Positions 13,101-25,100 of a stretch of DNA of 64,000 nucleotides are shown here, in pieces. Every line of letters begins with the position of its first letter. The stretch's first letter is position 1. Source of the stretch: Negaprion brevirostris (Eukaryota); assembly GCA_030324005.1 (NCBI GenBank), contig JARDVH010000099.1:79674098-79738097 (forward strand). The letters run 5' to 3'. The notes under the pieces are model-generated. The model did not search any database. It saw only the letters and a list, made by a program, of their open reading frames with translations, and was not told the origin of the DNA. Made by a program: the position numbers and the translations under genes.

Positions 13101-16100
13101 CTAGCTATTAAAATTCAAAGCTAGTGATTTGCAAGTTTTGTGCCCAAAAGCTAACAATTTCAACAAGTAGAAAAGTTCAAATTGCATGGGAATAACTCAT
13201 TGACACCTGCAACTGGCTTCAGAACTTGATTTTGGTTACAATACACTCCATATTAGTTCATAAGAACATAAGAAACAGGAGCAGGAGTAGGCCATCTAGC
13301 CCTTCGAGCCTGCCCTGCCATTCAATAAGATCANNNNNNNNNNNNNNNNNNNNNNNNNNNNNNNNNNNNNNNNNNNNNNNNNNNNNNNNNNNNNNNNNNN
13401 NNNNNNNNNNNNNNNNNNNNNNNNNNNNNNNNNCAAAACTGCACACAGTGCTCCAGTTGCAGCGTTCAGTTTAGTTCAGTTTATCACTGATTATTAGCTT
13501 TTCAAATTGGAACAAAAATGTAGACCTAGAACACATTTAGTGATTATGATCAAGCTGCATGCACCTGATCAGTCTATGTAACTATAGGCAGAGTTAAAAT
13601 GGTGACAAAGTAAGAGTGCATGAATTCTTACATTGAAATACAATTGTCTTTTTAAATTTGAATTTCTACAATTGCTAGTTTGGATAAATATACAGACGTC
13701 AGGAAATTCAGATTGGTGGCCTGTTCTGCAAAGGTTCGAGGGCAAAACGATGGATAGGACTTGGATCAAACATCAGTCAACAGAAATGCTTCCATTGCTT
13801 TACAAGTAATTAAGCTAACTTGAATCAAATCCCATTATAACATTCTAGCGTGGTTAATCTGATCCCAGGATCGAACTTGGCCAGTCAACTTAAATCTGGT
13901 CAACAAACAAATTGCGCTTTAAATTGCGCAGAAATTGGGCCACTGATGTAAAACAGCTAAATACATATTTGATTTTCAACATCTCAAGGACAGAGTGGAC
14001 CAGAAACTGAACCGGATCAACCACATAAACCTTGCCTTGCCTACATAATAGGTCAGAGGTTGGGCATTGTGGCAAGTGGCTCGTTTTCTAATTCCCTAAA
14101 ACCTCTCTACCACCTACAAGGCACAAATCAGTAATGCTTTGATCACCAATGTTAGTTCCATTTCTCTTATCCACAAATGTTGCTAGACACGTTGAGCGCT
14201 TCCAGCATTTTCTGCTTCTATTTCAAATTTCTAGTATCTGCAGTACTTTGTTTTTTGTAAAGATGAGCAATAAAAACCAGCGCCAGCAACACATCCAGGG
14301 AATAACATTAAAAATGAACCCAGTTATTATGGTGGGGAAGGATTCAACAGAACACTCCATGCATCTTTGGAGCAGGACATTTGACATCTCACTGTCATAA
14401 GGACATAAGAAATAGGAGCAGGAGTAGGCCATCTAGCCCTTCGAGCCTGCCCCGCCATTCAATAAGATCATGNNNNNNNNNNNNNNNNNNNNNNNNNNNN
14501 NNNNNNNNNNNNNNNNNNNNNNNNNNNNNNNNNNNNNNNNNNNNNNNNNNNNNNNNNNNNNNNNNNNNNNNNATTTGCTTGTTTATAGCCCGCCCCACCT
14601 CTAAGTTATTATTTGGGGGCCTATAGACCACACCCACCAGCGTCTTCCTTCCCTTACTGTTCTTTACCTCCACCCACAACTGTCAAGTGATAGATAAGTT
14701 TTTGGTCATGTTTTTCTCATCAACCTTCCTTTTATCACGATTGCAATTTGGTTGAAAGTGATCTTGTAGAGCTTTGAGTGTGAAGAATTACAATATGGAC
14801 ATTGATCCAGTTTTGGCATATCATTTGTTAACTGTACCTCAGTTTTTGAATCCAAGGAGGGAATAAGAATAAAGATATTTATGAACTTGATGCAAGCTAC
14901 TGCACTGTCACTGTCGAGATTCATTTAATCAAACCGTAGCCATAGTTTATGGCTTAAATTAGAACCTGACAGAATACATTTTCTTCTAGTTCAAGGGCGT
15001 TTAGCTTGAAGGATTTGATAAGATGGATTGCTGTTCAATCACCAAATACTGCCAGAACACTAGATACTAACTTCATAATCATTGTTTCTTCAGAAACAAG
15101 GAAGAACAACAAAAATACACTGCGTTAGGGTGTAATGGGGCAAAATGAGGGATAAATCAAAAATTGGGAGCATGGGAGAGACATAAGGGCAACCTGAAAA
15201 AAAGATGAACCCTTGGAATTTAGAGAACCTTCCGTTTAAACACTGCATCATGACTTACAATTTCCTCATAAGCTGACAAAATAAGCAATTCTCCTTTCCT
15301 TGTTCAATATTTAAGGGAACACTAAACACAATAGATCTTATTCAGTCAGAAGGTCTCAGAGACCTACAGTGCAGGAGGAGGGGGCCACTTAACCCATTGA
15401 ACCTGCACCGACTCTCTTGACAAAGCATCTTACCCAGGTCCACCCCTGTCCTATCCTTGTAACCCCATGCATTTACCCCACTCATCCCCTAAATATCCTG
15501 GGACACTAAGAGTCAATTTATCACAGGTAACCCACTTAACCTACACATCTTTGGACTGTGGGAAGAAACTGAAGCATCCAAAGGAAGCCCAGGCAAAAAT
15601 AGGGAGAACATGCCAACTTGACACAGACAATCACCTGGGAATTGAACCCGGGTCTCTGACACTGACATGAACTCCAATGCTGTGCCGACTCAAAGCATTT
15701 TATTACTGCTAACTTATATCCCAAAGTTGTTCAGTTTGTTGGAGGATATAGGATTTCAGAATTAAACTGTACAGCACAATGTGTAACTGTGGCAGGGCTG
15801 CATATACTCATTCATGGTCACAACATTTAACTGCTGTACATTGGTGTGTACTCAAGTTAGAGGCCAACAGTTGGAAATGTTTCTATCAATTAGCAGTCAG
15901 CTGCAAATAATTAAATCCCCTCCAAGTCAAAATAACCCAGCAATAAATTCATTATATACACAAAATATATATAAAACCGCCAAGTAAAATCAGCATCATC
16001 ACATTTGACTGCTATTACATTTGACGAATTTAGAGCCATTTGGTACCCATGTACAAACTGCAGAATGAAAAGTGCAGTACAGGATAACCAAGAGATCAAT

Positions 16101-19100
16101 ACATCCAGTGATTAAAAAAAGGAAATACTGATAGACACTTCACAGCCACCGGGTTATAAGAACGTAAGAACATAAGAAATAGGAGCAGGAGTAGGCCATC
16201 CAGCCCTTCGAGCCTGCCCCGCCATTCAATAANNNNNNNNNNNNNNNNNNNNNNNNNNNNNNNNNNNNNNNNNNNNNNNNNNNNNNNNNNNNNNNNNNNN
16301 NNNNNNNNNNNNNNNNNNNNNNNNNNNNNNNNCAATTGAGTCTGCACCAACTCCCTGAAAAAGCATCTTACCCAGGCACACCACAACCCCACTCTATCCC
16401 CGTAACCATGACCATGTCAGAAGGCGTGGATTCATACATCAAGCACCTAAAATGTGTTTCAAATTCAATTTAATTCAGGGCATATCATGTGTTTACGTCA
16501 CATGGAAAAAACAGGCTGAAATCAGACCCATTTTGCTAAGTTTCAAATTACACAAATCAAATTAAAAAACAAATATCACACTGAGAAAAATACTTCAGCT
16601 TTAATACTTTCAAAATATAAAGACATGATTCAGCAATTATTTGCTACAAATTGAGGTCTGACAACTGTTACATTTCATGCTATCAAGTAGCTTCAACAGG
16701 ACACTTGCACAATAATCAAAACAAAAATACTGAATCAACAAGTCTCATCAAATCACGTACCAGCAACTGTGACAAGGCAAACTATGCTGATTGGTGTCCT
16801 TCCAGAGACAGAATCAACTAATGTGATTGGCCAAATAAATCACTGAAGGATAATATTAAAACAAAGAAATAACAGCCATTCTATAGGACAGATTACCAGG
16901 CACCACTGCATGTTTATAATCTTGCATCTCTCAGCATGTTTCCATCTTGAAGGGTTTACAGGAATTGTACATTTTGTGTACAAAGAGAAATGGATTGAGA
17001 ATAATTAATAATCTTCTTCCCAATCATTTGAAATAGCAATTCTTATTTGAACAGCTCCTCAGCCGTCCAGTACCTGTCCCAAATACCAGTCATTGCACTT
17101 GAAGACAGCTTCAGATCTGAGTGCTGGGGAAAAAAATTTAGGGGGATCAAACCAAAACATGAATTGGTACTTCATGTCGTCCCCAACTTTAAGCAAAAAT
17201 CAGTGAGAGCAATTAGAAAGAACTTGGCTATTTCTGTGCCTCTCTTTTGTTTCTTGGTAAAAATGTTGCAAGANNNNNNNNNNATGTTGCAAAATATATA
17301 TCCTTTTAAATCAATCGGGAAAAAAACTCATTTACCATTAGTACTAAGTAATCATACGTATTCTCCAAAAGGGCACATACTTTATGAAACAAACTGACAA
17401 TGCAAGACTTTTGCTGACAATGAAAATCATGAGCGCAAGTATTTACAACTTATACTCAAAATCTTGAAAAGGAGCTCTGCACCATTTCCAGACCTTTTAA
17501 GAGGCTTCATAACTTTCTGCAATCTTCCCCCCTGCCCACCAAATCCTCTCTAGCCTCAAAAATACTGACAAAGACTTTGAATTTAACCACTCTGAATCTG
17601 AGACTAAATAGCAGAGATGTGCAGGCACACAAACAATATTAACTCCTACTATCATAGATGCTACCAAGGGAATTACAATTATAATGCAAGGGACTGGAAA
17701 TTCAGTCAACTTATTTGTTTCACACTTCAATAGCAGAGCCGGCAAGGTGAACAGTAGCATTATCTTAAAAAGAGAGGTGTGCTCGTTCCAGTGATCTGTC
17801 CAATATTCATCCTTCAATCAACGCAACCATAAAACAGATTGCCTGGTCATTATCACATTGCAGTTGGAGAGAACTTGCAAACTGACCATCATATTTCTTG
17901 TCTTACAGCAATGACAACACTTAACGTATTTAATTGGCAGTAAAGTACTTGGGGACATTAAGGTTGGGAAAGTACTGTATCAAATTCTGAGGACGTGGGT
18001 GGAGGATTTTAACAAGGTCTAAGATGGAGGGGGGCAGACAGGAAGACATTAGATAACATTGCAAGTCTCTTGGTATCAATTTTGGCGATTGATGACCAAA
18101 CATGCATTGCAATGGTTGAAAGCAAATTTGAAAATTACAAACAAAATGGTGTTTGAGGATGCTCAAAATCTGAAACAAAAACAGAAAATACAGATCTGTG
18201 CAGAGAGACAGTTAATATTTGATCTTTCACCAGTTCTGATTCTAAGTTATCAACCTGAAACAATAAGTTGGTTTCTCTATTCACAGATGGTGCCCAACTA
18301 TTTCCAGCGTCTTCTGTTTCTCCAGATCAGATGTCTATTTAAAGCTGGTGTTTTTCAAATGTGGAATTTTAGAACTATTTTGCATCATTCGTTTGCTCAA
18401 GATAAAAATGGGATACAAGATAAATCAAAATGATCAAATTAATTTAGATTGGATTTAATCCAAAACTGAACAATAAGCATTAGATTGTTTGGCGGATGAA
18501 TCAACAGAGGCAGAGAATTAGCGACTGGAACTTTGCAAAGAGTAACTAAGATTTGCAGCTTCCTATTAAAAGACAAACTGGATCTACTTTAATATACATC
18601 TTTAGCTATATCCTTCATTTCATCCAGTTTACAAAGTCACTAACAGCAATTCAAAGTGGCCAATTCATACTGGTGCTGACCATCCAGCAAAGACAACTGG
18701 GGGTCATTGCTGACTTTCACACTGTCATTATATTTTTAATAACTAATTTTGAATTCAGTCGATATTGCCTGCTGCAAAGATCATACTGAAGTTTGGCAAA
18801 GCCTTTTTGATACTACACCAAACTGCCAGTACTTTCAAACAACAGGCAAAGTTCTTTTCCACGAGTTCAAAAATATAACAATTACCAACTGTGGAAATCT
18901 TTCAACATTTGTAAGACTCTTTCATGCTAACAGACAGCACAAAGATATTTTAAAACTAAATAGGACCATTAATATGGTCTTCTCTGGTAATGATTTTGTC
19001 AAAAGGAAATGAGTGGAGTAGATTTCTCCCACCAGCTTTCAAATCAGAATTCAACATGAATCAGTGCATGGATTGGGTGACTATGATTGACAAGAACTGC

Positions 19101-22100
19101 CACAGACAGCCCCTGTCCTTGTTGTGATTTCATCTAAGAATGGGCAGTAACTGAAATAGAAATCCTGATCAAGATAACAGAAAAATCTCTCCAATAACTC
19201 CACTAATGTATAAACCACCACTTTCCCTCAGCCAACCCAATCAAAGGCTTATACTTGAAATAGTTTTTTCTCTAAAGTGAACTTGCATTAATACAGCACC
19301 TTTCACATCAATGGGACATTTCAAACGACTTCACAGCTAATGAGCTGCTGCTTAGGTTAATTGCATGTTTTTAGACAGTTATGCAAACTAAGGCCCTAGG
19401 AATAGAAATTAAATAAATAATGAGACAATCTCTCTTTGGAGGTGTTGATTAAGGGATCTGTGTTGGTCAGGTCACTGGTAGATCTCCTGTGCTGCTCTTG
19501 GATTGGTGTCGTGGGACTTTGTGTCATCCTGTACAGGCAGGCAGGGTATCAGTTTCATGTGATTGTGTAGCACTGTATTAAAATATCAATCTACATTACA
19601 TGACAAAGTCCTTAGAATGAGGTTTGAACCCATAACCTTCAGAATTCATGGAGTGTGCACTCATTCCAAGTCAGCTGAAGCAAAATAGTACCAGCTTGCA
19701 CTCTACATGGATTCAAATCAACTGATTTAAATCAACTGACAGTTTGACACAAACGTTCCTTCTCTGCACTAACTCACAACTAAAGTGTCCTGGATTTGAA
19801 TTTCAGACCAGTCACGTAAATCTGTCTTCAGTGAATGAACTTCAAGGTCACTTGTTAGAGAACACAATATTAAGTCAGATTTGGTCTTAAGGGATGACAA
19901 AGAGAGAGAAAAAAAGGAACAATATTCAACTGAGGGAACTTGCACCACTGTCAACGATAATAGTGTATCATGGCAAATGTTCACCTCTCTGAAGGGCCTT
20001 CTACTCTGCTTACTAGAAGAGGTTAGGGTGAATTGTCTACAAGCCTAGAAAATAAGAGAAAATATTTTTGAAACCGATGTATTTTAGTAACTTTAGTCTT
20101 CCTGACCTGAAATAACCAGTAGGTGAAAAGATAGATTAGTAACATATTACTAAATGAATGTGTGGTGGAAAATTGATTTGTGCTTAGTATGTGTAGGAAT
20201 GGCTTCCTCCAACCAATTTTTCAAATCTCATTTGTTTCAAAATGGCCACTGTTACGTTTCAATGATACTTTACAAGAAAAGGTGGCTGAATTCAAGGGAA
20301 ATGTGGTTAAAAGCAAGATTTTAAGCACTGCATGAGCTGGTGGCTGATCACTAGCTCAAGAGATTGGTGCAAGTATTTGCTTAAAATAAATGCAGAGCTA
20401 TAACAAATCAATTATAATATTCTATCCTACGTGTTTGACAAGTTGGTAAAAAACCAGTTCTCATTTGAGAACACATTTTATTGTACAATTAACTCTCTAC
20501 AATAAGATTGTCACTTGCCACACAAACATCTTCATGTGGAGAATAAAGCTCAGTAAGATATCATTTCATGGAACTCAACTAATTTTACAACTACAACACA
20601 AGGGTTACAAACTCCATATAAAGCCAACATTGCTTTTGTAGTGTAAACACATGCACTCATGCAAGAGCTAAGACTGCTAAGCATTCTCAACATAAATTGC
20701 TTACACTGGCACATTTTAAAAGCTAAGACAAACATGACAATACACAGTCACATCACAGGAGCCGAGAAGTATCTCACCATTAGCAAATATCCTATGAAAG
20801 ACTGTTCGCAACAGAGCGGCCGTAAGCGGGAAAACAAAACAAGAAATTGATGAGTGATGGAACAGCGAGCATTCGCAAATACAAACAGCTGGGTTAGAAC
20901 CACCGAAAGCTTCAAACAAGACACTGCCTATACTGTAGCTAGATGAAAAAAATGATGGTGGGTTGGGGAGGGAGTGAAAAGAAAGAACAGGGCTGAAAAT
21001 TAGGTCAGAGGGTGCAGTGGAAAGAGGTAGGGGAAAGAGAATAGAGAAAACAGAAGATAAGGATTGGGAGATAAAAGGAGAAGAGGAATCTTTGAGATAC
21101 ATGAAATATTAGTGCAATACTCTTGTTTAACTCACTTTTGTTTAATATATGGTTTTTGACGTGAGCTGAACAAAAGTTTACATACAGCAATGTATTTTCC
21201 AGCCCTTGTCTCGAAGAGGAAATCACTTACCATAATAATCCAGGTCAAAAAGAGATTTCTTACATAACTTGTTTAGTCTACCATTAGGATTGCCACCTTT
21301 TGTCAATTAAAAAAAACAAATGAAGGGTGGAGCGGGCATGGATTTTTTTCAATTATGCAAATTCATTGCACTCTGCAATAATTAGAATTTTATAGTTTTG
21401 TTAGATTAAAATCATCCAAATTTCCAATCTGAAAAAGGACTATTTTAAAATGGATTTAAAGTTCAGAAATTTCATTGAACTCATGCAAAAAACCAGATGG
21501 GTACTGTACATGTGAAAATGAGTTTTAAATTCACTGCTACATCTCTCTGCTCATCTATGTCTTGAAAGCTTTCTTATAACTAAAATATTCTAACGATGGG
21601 TGGATACTAATATCTTCAAAATAGGTTGGTCTTGCATACAAGAATCCTCTGCCTTTGGATAAGTAGACTTGCGGCACAATATACTCAACCTGAGTGGGAG
21701 TATGTGAAGGCCCCAAACTGCCCTTAAAAACAGATTACAAGGAATAATGAAACTAAACCTGATCAGTGTTATAAGGAATTAAGAAACTCGAGAATGCAAG
21801 CTGAAGTCCAATTTAGCAGCTTCAGCCCGTCTCTCAAAGATGCCATGGCAACAAATACATAAATAAGCACCCATTCTGCAACTGGAGGAATAGGATTAGA
21901 TCACCATAAAATGAAGTGTTGAAATGTATTTGATTATCCACTTAAAAAACAAAGATACTGAAATTTGATCTTCGTAGGAGCTGAGGGCTGTTTATCTGTG
22001 ATAGCTTCCATTTATTGGAGAAGTCTAGCCATATACAAACTTCATCTTGTACTTTGGGGCAACATATTAAAGAATTGCCATTATCGATTTGTTAAAAATT

Positions 22101-25100
22101 TACGGTTGGTACTGCTTAACCTCAAGAATGTACACATTGACTAATTGGAAGAATCATTTCTCCAGGTCACGCATCTCAACTCTGAGAAATGAAGTTAAAA
22201 TTGGGTACATCATTTAAAAGCTACTGTAAAATGGAACTCCACTTGTGTCTTCCACACACAACAAACAAAATGGATAACTAGCAACCTAACAAATAACAGA
22301 CTAAGTAGGCAAAGAGCCAATTTTACTTGACTGCAGACCTCAAACACCTTGTAAAGATATGCTGGCTAATGGCATTGAAGAATTACTTCATCCAATTATC
22401 CAGAAAACAATGGGATTATTTGGCTATATTCCCTATTTGAAAGTCCTNNNNNNNNNNNNNNNNNNNNNNNNNNNNNNNNNNNNNNNNNNNNNNNNNNNNN
22501 NNNNNNNNNNNNNNNNNNNNNNNNNNNNNNNNNNNNNNNNNNNNNNNCCTGCCCCACATGTGGCAGAGTAAGCAGATGGTGCACTGGACTTTTCAGCCAT
22601 CATACAACCTATCAAACTGGAGCAGAAGCAAGTCATCCTCAATCATGATTCCACACAATTTGCATGTCGCTCAGGGGTATTGACAGGAGGCAGCTTTCAC
22701 ATATCTATTGATGACACTTAACTCATGTCTCCAGCTCCTGTTTTGAGTCTTGGACAGTTGACACGGTCTCCAACTTAGTTGGTGTTAACTTGACTCAGTT
22801 GGTATCACTCTGAGTCAGAAGGTTTTGGGTTCAAGTTCCGCTTCGGAACTTAAACATATATTCCCGGGCAATGTTCACCAGGCACTGCACTTTCCAAGAC
22901 AAGTTAAACTGGAGGATCAGCTGCACGTTTGGATGAGTTATCCCACAACATTAATTACAGGAAGAGCTGTTTTTCAGATGTCTTGGTTAGTATTCCCTCC
23001 TTACCCAAAACCAGCAAAAACAGATTAACAATTCAATTATCTCATTTGATGTCTGTGTGGAAATCGGTTACAATATATGCCTCCATAACAAAGGCAAATA
23101 CATTTCAAGTATAATTCAATAGCTTTGAAGTGCTTTAGGACATAAGACATTAGTTAGCAGTAGAATTTATTTCTTTTAAGACATGGATGAGCCAAAATAT
23201 CCTCCAGCCAAATGTCAGCAAAACTCAAATAATTGTCTTTCAGCTTCCATAAACCTGCCTTCCCTAACTCCGTTTACCTTCCTGGCTGTAAGATTTGGCA
23301 GAGTCCAGAGGTCTTTGTGTCCCACTCAAGGTCAGGCATAACTCCCTCGCCTAATGAAGTCTTGATCAAGTGTACTCGCTTTCAGGTCTGAAACATAGCT
23401 TATCTCCAATTCTACCTTACAATTTTGCCAATTAAATCATGCACCTTTACCTTTTTTATCTCAAGTCTGCACTTTGTTAATGTTCTCCACATAAGCTGCC
23501 CCTCTTCCACCCTCTACAACCTTAAAATAATTCAATGCCCTGGGCTTACTTTTCTCATTCAGTTGTTGTCAAGCTTCAATGGCTCCCTGTGCCTCAGAGA
23601 TATTCATCCTCCTTTTTAAGTCGCTCCGTGGCCTTGCTTCTCCTTACATTGCTGACGCACTCCTGTGAGCCCACCCTCCTATAAAACCTTAAGACATAGA
23701 AGCACAGGTAGGCTATTTGGCCCAGTCAGTGTGTTCTGCTACTCATTGAGATCATAACTCCCTTTCTTTGATGCAAATTCACTCCCTGTTTCCAGCTACT
23801 TCCATTCATTCCTCAGATGCTCTGCAGCTTATTTGCATTTCCTCACCAGAATTTCCTTCTTTCAGCATATCCACCTTGACATGTCCTTTTCTGCCTTCAA
23901 AGGTCTTCTAAAGACACTCCATCTCCACCTTTTCAGTAACATTTTCACCCTCTTAAGCTCCTCTCCTCCTTTTTGCCCGACCACTTGGTGTCCACTGCCC
24001 TGTATTAAGTATTCCAAAACTGCCATAACGAATGCCATAAAAATTAGAGTTTCTGTAGTTTACCTGACCTGGGTGTTCTTGGTACAAAATCTAGAAGGAT
24101 CTTTATTCCGCATCTAACCCACGCTATGTTTGACCCAGGAGTACAGGAGAAGCTTTAGTCTTTAAATGATCCATGCTATCCTTAAGATCAAAAGTAGGAA
24201 AGTATTCAATTTCTGATACCTCACATCTCTTTTCTGGAGAAGGACAAAAAATCTCTCCATCAAAAAAACCCTGCGCAAACAAAAGTACACCTGAATGAAT
24301 CAATGTGCTAAACATGCCAACTAGCAATGGAACATGAAATAAAGAACTCCTCGACTTTTGCAAGAATTATATTGAAAAGAAATTGACACAATTTCATCGT
24401 TTGTTTGGTAAATATTAATGTGAGAACATTGCCAGAACACTCCAATAATGGGCAGGTTGCGGTATGGGAAAATGGTAACTGTTCATCCTCTTTATGACTA
24501 CAACCTAGGCTTTAATTTTAGCTGACATCCAATCCAGCAATGTGTACCACGTACTACACCCAGCGAGCCCATCTATATTTAAACAAAATTGGGGATATTC
24601 CAGTAGGAACTGAAGTGCGAATTGAGGAAAAAAATTGGTAAACTGCAAAATCAAAAATTTAAATGATTTAATTTTAACAAAAAAATGAGAATCCCAAATC
24701 CAGCTCTTTAGAATCTATAAATGTCAGAAAAGCTTTTTAGTTGGGAAATATGGACAGAATGACTAAACCTCCAATTTATTTAAAGAAACATCAATTCTGA
24801 TGGTTTTCAGATTTGATATTTTTTGCTCATGTTGCTGATTTAAATACAAGACTTCCAAATAGAATGTGCACCCATTGATTCAGCTGTGGTATTTGAAACA
24901 TGTTTTATTTGCATAGACACATAAACATGCTTCTTAGTTAAGATCTAACTACACAGCACAAGCCTGTTTGGTGGGAAAATATAATTAACGCGAAATTCAG
25001 TTACATACTTAATAAATGGACAGAGACTCTTGAGTTTTAAGCAGTACTTGTCAGTCAGGGCCGAGAGAAGTGGACACAATACCACTATTCAGCGCAGAGG

